64,000 nucleotides of DNA. It comes from Vicugna vicugna. Taxonomy: Eukaryota. Of this stretch, positions 12,388 to 24,559 are shown one piece after another. The stretch spans positions 1,256,057 through 1,320,056 of the forward strand of contig MU057930.1 in the NCBI GenBank assembly GCA_013265495.1, written 5' to 3'. Below the pieces are notes generated by a model. That model made no database searches. It saw only the letters and a program-made list of their open reading frames with translations, and had not been told where the DNA came from. A program made the position numbers and the translations under genes. Position 1 is the first letter of the stretch; each line of letters starts with the position of its first letter.

Positions 12388-13899
12388 GAGTGCTGAAATT
12401 GTGCAGCGTAAGTCAGTTTGGGCCACATCACAGAGCTCTGTGGACTTCACCGCTAAGGGGTGGTTGGTCTGTACTTGAGTCTCTCAAGTGCCCTCAAGCT
12501 GCCCTGACTTTGTGCTTTTGTGAAGTGGATAATTAAAATCTCTGTCAAGTGAGCCTCTTCTAAGGTTAGAAGAGGATTATACTGACTCAAGAACCATACA
12601 ACCACACCATTATTCTCGTGGATGGTTTTCTGGAAAAACAGCCACTATCAAATTTGACTTCAGGAGAAGTTGAGTACTTTATACAATCAACATGGATCAA
12701 ATGCAGAGAGATGTTCAAAGACGACATCTCAGAAAGGAGAGCAGGCAAGGATAGATCTGATGGTGGATTCCACAAGACCATCCAGGAAGAGATCATCGCC
12801 ATGTTATACAAAATAAAACTACACTTATGTATCCCGTCACACCAGGCAGAATGGCCGTCATTCAAAAGTCCACAAATGATACATGTTGGAGAGGCTGTAC
12901 AGAAAAGGGAATCCTCCTACACTGCTGGTGGGAAAGCAGTTTGGTGCAGCCACTGTGGAGAATAGTATGGAGATTCCTTAAAAAACTGAAAATAGAGCTA
13001 CCCTATGACCCAGCAATCCCACTCCTGGGCATATATCCAGAGGAAACTCTAATTCAAAAAGACACATGCACCCCAGTGTTCGTGGCAGCACTATTTATAG
13101 CAGCCAAAACATGGAAACAACCTAAACGTCCATCAACAGATGACCGGATAAAGAAGCTGTGGTATATTTATACAATGGAATACTACTCAGCCATAAAAAA
13201 GAATGAAGTCATGCCATTTGTAGCAACATGGATGGACCTGGAGATTGTCATTCTAAGTGAAGTAAGCCAGAAAGAGAAAAACATACCCTATGATATCACT
13301 TACAGATTGAATCTAAAACAAACAAACAAAAAAAGGACACAAATGAAACAGACTCATAGTCATAGAAAACAAATTTACGGTTGCCATGGGGAAAGGGGAT
13401 GGACAGGGATAAAGTTAGGAGTTTGGGATTTGCACATACTAACTATATATTATATGTAAAATAGATCAACAACAAGGTCCCACTGTGTAGCACAGGGAAC
13501 CATACTCAATATCTTGTAATAACCTACAGTGAAAAAACAATATGAAAAAGAATGTATACATATATGTAACTGAGTCACTATACTGCACACCAGAAATTAA
13601 CACAACACTGTAAATCAACTACACCTCAGTAGAAAGAAATAAACAAATAAATACAGCAGACAGACAAGTACACATGCAACCTGCCAATCCGTTCATGACC
13701 TTCCCCCAGGCTGGAAAAGGACAAAGTGACTAAGCTCATTCTGTGAGGAAGACCATGAGGGTGGCAACATGGAGACAGTAAAAACAGTTTCCTTAAAAAA
13801 AAAAAAAATTTGTTTCTTCCGAGAAGATGCAGAAAAATAAGGTGGCCATGAGCATAAGAAATGGGAGCTTATTTTATACTTTCTTGTGTTCTAACATGG
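12388..13899 (+). repeat. Tandem duplication unit 2
   Basis: Paralogous to 10291-11819, including non-repeat sequence on both sides of the L1. Confidence 0.9.
12812..13652 (+). mobile_element. LINE-1 3' end within duplication unit 2
   Basis: ORF 12827-13459 encodes L1 ORF2 C-terminus ([54 protein letters not shown]). Confidence 0.95.
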
Positions 13900-14284
13900 G
13901 ATATATATATATGAAATCTCTTCCTGGACGGGTGTTAACAAAATGCAAGAGTTGGGAAGGACAGCTCTGGGGCCAAGGGGAGGGATGGTCGAAAGTCTCA
14001 CTAAGAAAAATAAAAAGCTGAAATTTAATTTGATGTATTTTTTTTAAATCAGAGCGATTAGAGGGTGAGATGTTGCTCCCACGAGTCCCTCTGCATCCGT
14101 GACGGTGAGGAGAGAGGGCACAGGAAGGTCGTATCTTAAGTGACATAAACTGTTTTATTTTTTCTATTAAATGAGCAACTTTCCGTACTGGATTGCACAC
14201 AGAAAGCCTGCACATTCAGTCATTTTTATAAGAAAACAACCAGGACGAAAATAATTCTTAGCTCTTTTAAGCATTTTTCTTTTC

Positions 14285-14800
14285 TTCCACTTTTATTGAG
14301 ATAGAACGGACACCCAGCACTGCGTGAGTTGAAGCCGTTTGGCATAATGATTTTGACTCCATCATTAAATGACCACAATACATCTCTCGAACAAGCATCC
14401 TCTCATACAGACGCAAAGCTAAAGAAACAGAAAAACTTATTTGCTCGTGATACAACACTCTTCCAATTTACTCAGCAGTTTTCATACCTGACATACAGGA
14501 GTGTTCGTTACATGCATGACGTTGTATGTCACTTACTTTATAACTGGGCGTTTGCACCTTCTGACTGCCTTCATCCACTCCCCTCTTTGGTGAGCACAAA
14601 TCTGATCTCTGTCTCTGTGAGTTAGTTTCTGTTTGAAATCTAATTGACCTACCGCACTGCGTTAGCTTCTGCTACACAACACAGTGATTTGGTATTCCTC
14701 TACATTTCACACCGGTCACCGCGGTTACATCTAGGAAGCATGTGTCACCACACAGAGACGCACAGTTACTGACTGTACTCCCCACACTGTTCTGTGACGC
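14285..14800 (-). mobile_element. Old LINE-1 (L1MA/MB-like) 3'UTR fragments
   Basis: ttttattgagatag..., acaaatctgatctctgtctctgtgagtt, acaacacagtgatttggtatt are reverse L1 3'UTR motifs. Confidence 0.65.
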
Positions 14801-15400
14801 ATCCTCACTGAGGGTTTACAGGGCAGTCATCTAAAGAACAGGGGCTTGTAGTTCACTCCACACGAGGGACTGTTTCCAGAGTCTCGGTATTTAAAACACA
14901 GCTATTAGCATCTTTTTCCCCGCCTTAAGCTCTTGTTTTGGCTACAAGGTTAGAATACTCATTGAATACTAAAAATTGGTTTCCTGTCCAAAACTAAGAT
15001 GACTTTCACCATAACATTAAGCGAACTTGATATTGTGTATTTAAGATATTTGAAGTGAGGCCAAAAAGGGTTGGAACCACTATTTACAGTTTGCATTGGC
15101 TCTACATTTTAAATGATAATTCATTCTTAAAAAGGTGCATCACTGAACCTCTCGGAGGGTTTCTGTATTAATTATCTACTAAGCTGCGTGCTTAGTCTGG
15201 AAACACAAGGAGTATGTGCTTTTCTCTCTACTACTTTTTAAAGAGGCTTTTCCTGTAGAAATAAGTGGGCAGTGGGAGGGCGTCTTGGGGATGGCCTAAC
15301 TCTTCTCTTGAGATTTATGTATGTAAGCATCGCAAACTCTTATCTGGAAGTCTCTGGTAAGAGAAAAGGATGAGAAAACATATTTTCACTTGCTTTACAG

Positions 15401-15511
15401 GATAACAGTGGGTCATTCAAAATCGTCATGACAATGGTCTTTTATCAACTGCGATTCCCAGCGTCTACAGAGAGAATCGTTCATCCGTAAAAGGACTGAA
15501 CACAGTGAGAA
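15401..15511 (+). other. Candidate internal exon A of an unidentified plus-strand transcript
   Basis: Acceptor tattttcacttgctttacag| and donor GAA|gtaaga; alternative acceptor after 15408. Confidence 0.45.
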
Positions 15512-15844
15512 GTAAGAATGAACACTTGCTCGGACCTGAGCGTCTGTTCCACCTCCCTCCCCGCCCCCGTTTCCGGAGGTGCTAATCCAGATGCCTGGGG
15601 GAGTCCAATTCTTTTATTAGTTTCCAGGGTACAAAGGGTCTATAAGATTTTCTGTATCCTTTCTCTCTCTGCTTCTCTGTCTCTGGCTTCCCCTTTATCT
15701 CACTGGGCATTCAATCTCACATCCAGAGAAAAGAAATGATCTTTATGCTTTCTGGGTCGTTTCAAAATATGATAAAAGTACACTAACTTGTTTTTAGAGC
15801 TCCTGAAGTGTGAAGGTTGATCTACTCACATATAAGAGCCTATC

Positions 15845-15985
15845 CTGAGTAATAGCCTATAATGAAAAGAGGATGAAAATAAATATATGTTTATAGAAAT
15901 GACCGTGTTGTACACCAGAAATTAATACAACATTGTAAGTCAACTATACTTCAATTAAAAAAAAATACACAAAGAAAAAAAAAAA
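15845..15985 (+). mobile_element. LINE-1 extreme 3' tail
   Basis: tgtacaccagaaattaatacaacattgtaagtcaactatacttcaatt followed by poly(A). Confidence 0.85.
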
Positions 15986-16619
15986 GATCCTATACTGAAT
16001 CTGAGATAGGAACACAAGATCTGACATTCTTCTTTCTCCAAACCCACATCAGTTCAACCACAACCACCTTCATCATTTTTTGGTGGTTTCTTAGAAAACA
16101 GGAAAATGGTCCAGTTCTAGAAAAAAATTTTTGCAGACAAAGCACAAACTTTCTAAAAGAAAGTTCTTTAAATTATTTAAAAAAAAAAAAAAAGCAAGAC
16201 TTGTCTCCGAGTCTACTTGGTAAATGAGCCAACACGTCTGCTAACCCGCACCCGCCCCTGGGGGACAGGCGCTAGCTCTATGGAGTTTTGAGATAAGGTG
16301 ATGTGCAATTTAACAAGCTGTCAGGCCAAACCCTTTTATCATAATTAATTGTAAATTACAGAAGCACTTTCATTTTTCACTCTCAGCTCATTTCCATACA
16401 GATCATATGTATATAAATGCAGAATATGTCCTATTACTTTCTGCTGCAAATTCTGTTAATTTCTATCAGCGTTTCTCACTAAGCTAGAATTTTTTCCTCA
16501 AAGACGAGAATGATTCAATTAAAACTCTGCTCCAGTCCTCACTAGGATATAAGCTTTGGGAAAGCATCCTAAAATCATTCTTTCCTCTAGGAAGCTAGTA
16601 AATTATGAAGCAAGATAGA

Positions 16620-16642
16620 CACACACACACACACACACACAC
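16620..16642. repeat. (CA)n microsatellite
   Basis: Directly visible. Confidence 0.9.
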
Positions 16643-16779
16643 CCCTCCCCCAAACCTAACAAGAAAAATGCCTCAGAAGAAATAAGTATTTATCACTTTT
16701 TAAATTAGATTTAATTTCTCCCCTTAGAAGTAATAAAAATTAATCTTTTTTTAATCTTTCCAAATTGATTCTGCTTTAG

Positions 16780-16825
16780 AACAACGCAGACTTCTGTGTT
16801 TCCACGCCAAAAGAAAGGATCCTCG
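16780..16825 (+). other. Candidate internal exon B (46 nt)
   Basis: Acceptor cttttttaatctttcc...ctgctttag| and donor TCG|gtgagt. Confidence 0.5.
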
Positions 16826-17984
16826 GTGAGTGCAGAATGGTACATGATACAAAATAGTCATTTTGGATTTGGATTTGGAGAGAAGATATTTCTGTAAAGA
16901 CGAGAATGCCCAACCCGGTAAATTCATCACACTGAGGATATCCCCCCACTTGGCTCAGAATTCCAGTTGTGTCCTTGAGAACTAGGCGGCTAAAGTAACG
17001 GTCACTTATTTCAAGGGAAAACTGTCGGTGGTTTTACACTCTTATTGGTTTTGTTGTTGTTGTTATTTCTCTGTCGTGGGGGCCTTGCTGGGCACACCCG
17101 TCCCATCCTCTGTGCCCCTGCGGGCTCGGTGAGCGGTGGATTTGCATCTGGGGCCACTGTGAGTCAGGCTGTGTAACTTCGCTGCAGTGCCGCACAAACC
17201 TAGCCCCAGACAACAGCAGGCGCCTCTCTATCTCTCCGGGAGGCCCCTGCCCTGGGTTCCGGCTCCCGTGAAGCAGGGACAGTCCCCGTGACTGCAGGGG
17301 AACCAGCTCCACGTGTCTCTGCTTCCCAAACAGACCCAGCTGTCGTGCCTTCATCCTCACACCGCGCCCCCAGGACGCGGTTCCCTCGCAGGTTAGTGTC
17401 TCCAGGACGTCCCCGCGCCCTCTGAATGCGGCTTCCTTCCGCTATTTCCATCAGCCGGAGAGGAAGGCGCCAAGAGTGAAATCACTGTGCGGTCCTGATG
17501 GAGGGTCACAGCTTCAGGACCGCCCCGGTTTTGTTCCTGTTCAGCTTCTGCCGTCCTCGTCAACAGCACACCTAGTGTCTTACAAAGGCCGCTGGGCCCA
17601 GGGTCACGAGCTCTGGCCCACTGCTTCCTTGGGGAAAGTGACCGTGCTCTGTCAAACCACGGCCCAGAGGTAGTTCACTGCCCGGACGTTCGAATTCATT
17701 GTTAACTAAATGTAAAGAGGAATGTCAGATCAGCCTGTTACAAATGGTGAAAGGATGGAGGGGGACAAAACCAACTACAGATGTAGCTGAAACTTCATTT
17801 TTCCCATTCAAATATTTTATACTAATATTCTTTTTTTTTCTTAAATAAAGAGTTTGGATTTTTGGTTTTTTGGTTTTTTGTTTTGATTCAATAAATTGTG
17901 ATACTTCAGATTTACTGGCTTGGGCAACTAGCTAATGTCTTACTAATCGGTTGACCCATGTGAACTTTTTTTCTGTATTTACAG

Positions 17985-18480
17985 GTTTTATAAACTCATG
18001 GCTTTCAGTGATCACCTTGCTGCTAAGAGTCACAGTGACCGTGGTCTAAAGGATCTTGGAGATGCAGTACCAGCAGGTCCCAGATCTGTATCTGGAAAGA
18101 TCACTGATCTCCCTGAGAGAAAAGAAAGTCCAGAACAAGGAGACTGAAATTCCCAACCACATTTTTCTAGGTAGAAATTGTTCACCAGGCTCCAAGGTCA
18201 CTGATTTTCTTTTCAATCGCAAATACGTCAGAGCTATACAGATGCCCTGAATAAGTTAAGCACCAAGCATCAGGCTCCTACTATTAAGATCAATGTTGTA
18301 TTTTGTGTTTTCAAAAAAAAAAATTTTTTTTAAACAGTTGCTTTCGTAAAAATGAATAAGTTGCATGACTTGCAATGAATTGTTAAAATTGTGAGTGGCA
18401 GTAAGAAAACCAGACTTCAAGGGGAATGACGAGGTTCATACAAGGGTTTTTGCAGAATAAAAACTTTTATTCCTCTTTTA
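17985..18480 (+). other. Candidate terminal exon C (stop at 18145-18147, AATAAA at 18456-18461)
   Basis: Branch-point-like tactaat at 17941, acceptor ctttttttctgtatttacag|, poly(A) signal followed by T-rich sequence. Confidence 0.45.
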
Positions 18481-19579
18481 AAACTGTATCGTTTCTTTGG
18501 CAACATTAATGTTCAGATGCAACTGCACTCAGGAGGCAAATCTTATTTTAATCATTTTAATTCTTAGTGGGTTTTTTTTTTTTTAACTTAATGCCTCCTA
18601 ATTCACCCCAGTGCTGCCGGAAGGAAGCTAAGACGTTGTGACGCCCAGGTTTATCTCGGTGGCCAACCTGAGGCGGCAACTTTTCCCTGCAGGTCTCCTT
18701 CTCCCGGGGACCGAGAACTACACGTCAGGTGTGGTACATACAGACTCTTCGAAAGGAAGCCTTTCCGCATCTCCACACGTACAAGATGTGGTTTGGGGAA
18801 AACACAGACGCAGCTCGTCTAGAAGTGCGTCTAACTAGGTTGGCAGGACTCTGAACTGCCGTTTCCCTCGGGTACTTGTTCACTGCCCGTCCCACGCAGA
18901 CGCTGCCCTTCTCCTACCCTGTGAACAGCTCCACCTACAGTGCGCGCAAGGGGGAGGAGCCAGCGGAACTGAAGGCTGCGCTGCGGCCTGACGTAATGCG
19001 GGGGGACCCTGAGGTTCGGGTGGAAATGCAATCACTATGCAGTCTGTCACCGCATTCACTTTTCCTTCACTGCGTGCGTGAATACGAAGTCTGTCCTCTC
19101 TGCCCAACCCTGACCCAGGTGCGTGGGTCCCATCCGTGAACCAGACTAAGACATCTCATCCTGGGGCCTCACATTCAAGGGCACATGGACAGAGGGAACG
19201 ACGAATAAAATAAACCGTGGACAAGGTGAGCAAATGAAAGGGTTACAGAAAAAAAGAAAACCAATCTGGTCTACCCCGGGATTCCATAACAATGGATTAT
19301 CATACTTCTTTTTCATAATTTCCTTATTGAAATAAGGAAAATCTGTGAAGTCTGACACATAATAACCAAAGAGTGTTAATAGTTCTTATTTTAAAAAATC
19401 TCGATGTTTCCAGGTGGACTGGATAGCTAATTTGAGAGCTACGAGAACCAATTTTATTAAACATTGTATTGAAATGGGTTCTACTGAATGTACATAGTAA
19501 GTCATGAATGATAAATTAGATTGGCACATTCATTGTTCATTCATCAGAATTAATATAGAGGTAGTAAAAAAAAAATAGT

Positions 19580-19999
19580 TGTGTCCAGCAAATGTCTGTG
19601 CCCTACCAAAAATCGTATGTTAAATCCTTAAGTCCAGAGTGATGGAATGTGGAGGTGGAGTCTTGGGGAAGTGATGAGGTAGTCCGGGTGGAGAGCTCCT
19701 TGTGGGATGAGGGCGCTGATAAGAGAGCCCAGAGGACTCCCACCCCCTCCTTCCACGTGAAGAGACAGCGAGAAGATGCTGTCTGTGAATCGGGCAGCGG
19801 CTCCTCCCCGCCCGACAGCGGCTCCTCCCCGCCCGACAGCGGCTCCTCCCCGCCCATCAGAGGCTCCTCCCCGCCCGACAGCGAGTCCCCTGGTGCTTTC
19901 ATACGGGATTCACCGTCCAGAACCACGGGACGTGAACGTCGGTTCTCTGTGAGTCACCCGATCTGTGTATTGTTACAGCAGCCTGGGCGGGCTCAGACA
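19580..19999 (+). mobile_element. MLT1A-like MaLR solo LTR containing a 21-bp VNTR
   Basis: aaaatcgtatgttaaatcc...ggaggtggagtcttggggaagtgatgagg...ccagaaccacggga...tattgttacagcagcc...cagaca. Confidence 0.75.
19795..19883. repeat. 21-bp tandem repeat x4 (cagcggctcctccccgcccga)
   Basis: Directly visible; each unit has CCCCGCCC. Confidence 0.95.
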
Positions 20000-20084
20000 A
20001 ACGGTGCGCTACAGCTGTATTTCACAGCTGAATCATCGCAGGACAGCTGTATTTCACAGCAGGAAGCCAGACCGTCAAAGGCTG

Positions 20085-20520
20085 GCTCGGGCCCTGCCCA
20101 GGGTCCCGGCCAGCGCGCTTCCGGAGCAGCGGCACGGAGCCCCCCGGGGCCGGGCCGCCCGCGGAGACGGCGGGAGCCGCGTGGGCGCGGAGCGCGGGAA
20201 GCGTTCCCGCGCGGAGGGGCGGAGCTCCAAGGCCAGGCCGCCACACGTGGTCACCACGGCGCGCGCAGGGAGGAGGCTCCTGCCTAAGGCGGTCCGCGCC
20301 GGCGGGCAGCGCAGGCCACCGAGGCGGGTGGACACTGTTCTGAGGACCGTCTCCGGACCCATCACACGGAGCCGCGCCGAGCCCAGGACGTGCGGGAAGC
20401 CTCCCTCTCTCTCGCTCTGTCTGTCTGTCTGTCTCTCTCACTTTCTCTCTCTCCTGGTTGGGTCTGCTTGCTTCCAAAACAATCCTGACCGACACTGATT
20501 CTGCCGCGCGTGACGCCACT
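20085..20520. promoter_or_regulatory. CpG island 1
   Basis: Very dense CpG and GC content, GGGGCGG box near 20216, CACGTG near 20244. Confidence 0.8.
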
Positions 20521-20550
20521 CCCATCAAGTCACCGCAAGTAATTCAAGTC

Positions 20551-20736
20551 TAAACACGCGGTAGGAGACAGTCCCCGACCACGTGGCGGCCACGAGAAGG
20601 GTGGTCTGAGACAGTCCCCGACCACGTGGCGGCCACGAGAAGGGTGGTCTGAGAGAGTCCCCGACCACGTGGCGGCCACCAAACACGCGGTAGGAGACAG
20701 TCCCCGACCACGTGGCGTCCACGAGAAGGATAGTCT
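20551..20736. repeat. 43-bp VNTR x4 with a CCACGTGG core
   Basis: Units start at 20565, 20608, 20651 and 20694 (gagacagtccccgaccacgtggcggccacgagaagggtggtct). Confidence 0.95.
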
Positions 20737-21845
20737 GATCTCCGCCTGCCACGCACCTGAAGGGGAAGCGAAGTGCAAACCGCCCTCACCCAGCGCGACA
20801 GAATGGAGTTCATAGGAAGACGGCTGTGCCAGGCTGTGCCAGGAGGCAGCACGGAGCCGCTCTGCCTCCAGGAACTGTGAGTAATGATACTGCTCTAGTT
20901 CCAGGCCCACACCGAGACTTACTCAGCTCACCAGCACAGGGTCCTTGAAGTGACATTACTTCCTTGGTAATATTATTTTGCACAAGAAAGCATGCTTCCT
21001 AGTTATTTTAAAGGTAAAGATGATGGAAAATATTGCAAGTTCATTTATGTATTTCATACATATACACATATATATTCTGTAATCCATATTTTGCGGTCAT
21101 TGATTTTCTTTCAAGTGGCATACGTGAACATCGTGAAACACAGGATGCACGGCCCCTACATAACCCAACATAAAATGAGACGTCTGCAGGGATTCATGCT
21201 TTTGCATTGCACAGTGAACAGTTCACCTCTGGCTCACAGCATGCACAGGCAGTGTCACTCAAATGGTACCCACGGCCACGATCACAGAAAACAGCTCCCG
21301 ACAGACGGCCTTGCAGGTGTGGGCCACTGTGTTACAGGATGACTGCTGCCTGCCTGCCTGCCTGCAGGAACAATAGTTATTGCTATCAGGAAAGCCCTTT
21401 GGCCAACTATGCCGCATCTTTCTTCCCCTCTCACTTCAACCTGGAAGAGCTGCAAACCACCTCAGGTCACCGATCCCGAGGATATGGCGTGTTACCTTGC
21501 ACCGTCTCTGAGCTCTGCAACAAGACCTTCGTAAGGGCTTCCAGCAATCAGTGGGATTCCTTTTCTGACCTTACTCGATTTTATAAATGACTGATAAATA
21601 ACATGGACTTATTTTCTATAAAAAATGATCTATAAAAATAAGTGTCTTTTTATGATAGATTGTTACATTATTATATCAATATATTATTACAATATATAAA
21701 CTATTACATGTTTTACTATAATAATGTATTTTTGTATTATACATGGTATTCTTTTTTTCTAACTTTCATTGTTTCCAAAAGATTCGTAAAATAAAATAAC
21801 ATGGATTTATTGCCTATAAAAGTCATTTCTAAAGTCTATCCTTGG

Positions 21846-22484
21846 AATGCAAATCAAAACTACATTGAGGTATCACCTCACACCAGTCAGAATGGCCGTC
21901 ATTCAAAAGTCCACAAACGACAAATGCTGGAGAGGCTGTGGAGAAAGGGGAACCCTCCTACACTGCTGGTGGGAATGCAGTTTGGTGCAGCCACTGTGGA
22001 GAACAGTATGGAGGTTCCTTAAAAACTAAAAATAGACTTATCCCATGATGTATCAATCTCACTCCTGGCTGTATACCCAGAGAAAAATATTATTCACAAA
22101 GACACCTGCACCCCAATGTTCATAGCAGCACTATTTACAATAGCCAAGACATGGAAACAGCCCAAATGTCCTCAGCTGACTGGATAAAGAAGGTGTGGTA
22201 CATACAGACGCAACAGAATATTACTCAGCTATAGGAAAGAATAAAATAATACCACTTGTAGCAACATACATGGACCTGGAGATCGTCATTCTAAGTGAAG
22301 TCAGACAGAAAGAGAAAGAAAAATGCCGTATGATATTGCTTATATGTGGAATATGAAAAAAAAAAAGGATACAAGTGAACTTATCTACAAAACAGAAACA
22401 GACTCACAGACACAGAGAATAAATTTATGGTTTCCAGAGGGTAAAAGGGGTGGGAAGGCATAAACTGGGAATTTGAAATCTGCA
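21846..22484 (+). mobile_element. LINE-1 3' fragment (ORF2 C-terminus plus truncated 3'UTR)
   Basis: ORF 21847-22029 [44 protein letters not shown] is L1 ORF2. Confidence 0.95.
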
Positions 22485-22610
22485 CCTCATGGAAAGTGAT
22501 GGAAACGTTAGCGATCTTGATTGTGGTGGTGGCTTCATGGGTGTGTACATGTATAAAAATTAATCAAATTATATAGCTGTAATGTGTGTAGTTTTTTTAC
22601 TATACAGAAA
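22485..22610 (+). mobile_element. Old L1MC/ME-type 3' end
   Basis: gtgatggaaacgttagcgatcttgattgtggtggtggcttcatgggtgtgtacat. Confidence 0.7.
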
Positions 22611-23679
22611 CCATACCATATTACCCTTTCTCCCTCCCATCTTTCTTTCTGAGAGTGAATTTCTCACTGAGCTATCTAGCATCTGATACCAGGGAACACA
22701 AAATTGCATCAAAATATGTGGGTTGCAGAAATGGAAATGGGTCATCTGGCGGGGGGGGGGGGTTCCAGAGAATGACAAACATAGAATTTGGGGTGTAACA
22801 TTACGCCAAAATCTCACAGCAAGAGCAAAACCCGCTTTGTAACGGGTCTCCTTGCTGTGTCTTTTTTGCTCAGCTGCATTTCAATTTCATGTGCTAGTGG
22901 ATTTTATTTTCTTTATTAAAACAGATCTAGGGTTTGCTTTACCAGCATTTCATGAAAATTAATGTAATAGCAAATGTTTGCATGCATTATTCTGGTTGCT
23001 TTAAATATGGTAAATCATTTCATCCTCACAGAATCTGGATACAGTGTTGTTACACTTTTACAGACAGGAGCCTGGCCTGGAAATTTCAAGTTATCCAAAA
23101 TCGTATCTTAGTGACAAAGCTGGGATATAAAGTCAAAGACAGGGTTCTAGACCCCTCGTTCTATTTTACCACACGTATTTCCTCCCGGTATTAACATTAC
23201 AAATAAAACTACCAACAGGTAAGTTTTAATACAGATACTAAAGACAAGTTTATGTGGACACCTACACATGTATAAACGGAGAGAGCTGATAGATACATGT
23301 TAGATATATAAGTAGCGGCTATGAATTTTTTTTCTTTCCAATCTTTTTTTCTCAGTTTTATTAGGTAGAATTGCTACAGTTTGGCTGCACATATACTGCA
23401 TATATTGCATGTGGTGCATGCAAATACATATACACAATATACTGCACATATTTTAATAATTTACATATATGTACTGTTCATTGTTTCTAAGAGCATTTAG
23501 AGCTTTAGCTTTTCAAACTTACATAGTTACCAAAGAAATAAAGCCAACCACAAAATAAGAACTAATTCAAAAAGATACACACGCCCCATTATTAACAGCA
23601 ACATTATTTATAACTTAGTGGCTATGAATTTTTTAAAATATTTTAACTCACTTAAAATTATGGACAAAAAGTCAAAATT

Positions 23680-24120
23680 TTTCTTTGTGCTACGATTCTC
23701 TCGCTTGATAGTTACCACGTTAGAAATTAAAAGTGAAAAATATGTATTTCTTTCTTAACTTATTTACACGTAACAAGAAATCATGACATTCTGTCATTTA
23801 CATCATATTGTTATGGAAATAACTGCATTTTCCAAATTAAGAAAAAGTGGTAATACTACCGATGTTATAGTTCATTTTGTGAATCTCTTTAATGCCTGTC
23901 TTAATAGAAGACAGTTGCTCTCTCGTCTGCTTCTGTGTTCAATTCACTGTAACATCACATACAACAGAGTTCTGGAAAACTCCAGGGAGGGGACGAGGTT
24001 GCCAAAGGAAAATCACACCTTTGTATAGTTCTGAAAATAGACCTGAATGCACAAGCACCCTGAAGTATCTGGGGAGATGCAGGGCTCCCCAGAGCAAACA
24101 ATGCACTTTGAGAATTACTG
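23680..24120. mobile_element. MER119-like hAT-Charlie DNA transposon
   Basis: aatctctttaatgcctgtcttaatagaagacag...ctggaaaactcca...cactttgagaattactg. Confidence 0.7.
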
Positions 24121-24460
24121 ATGTATGTATGTATGTATCTATCTATCATCTACCTATCTATCCATCCAGCCAGCCATCTATCTATTTATCTATTTACGTA
24201 TCTATCTATGCATCCATGCATCCATAGCTGTCCATCTGTCTAACATCCACAAGTCTAGCTATCTGGTTATCATTGTAGCCTTCTGTCGACCCGTCCATGC
24301 ATCCGCTCACCCATCTACTCACCTTCTGACCTGTCTACATCTATGTAGTCATTCAACTGTCCATGCAAATCTATCAATCATTCCATCAGTCTATCTATCC
24401 ATCTACCGACATACTGATGTATCTATGCAGACCTATGTGCTTATCCAACCAACTATCATC
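24121..24460. repeat. Degenerate (TCTA/TCCA)n low-complexity tract
   Basis: Directly visible. Confidence 0.85.
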
Positions 24461-24559
24461 ACCTTTGCATTTACATTTATGCTTATATTTAAATGTGCAC
24501 TTACCATACAGTCAAAACGAACTGCTAGGAAATGAGACTTCAAAAGGAACAATATAAAA

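Noticed and set aside
12827..13459. 210-aa ORF as a host gene
   Set aside because: It is the L1 ORF2 C-terminus reading through a frameshift into the 3'UTR.
19649..20528. Overlapping 168-212 aa ORFs
   Set aside because: They span an LTR, a VNTR and a CpG island; stop-codon scarcity in GC-rich DNA opens several frames on both strands.
20551..20736. CRISPR-like array
   Set aside because: Units are head-to-tail with no unique spacers, no cas genes, and the context is mammalian; it is a VNTR. The same applies to 30838-31075.
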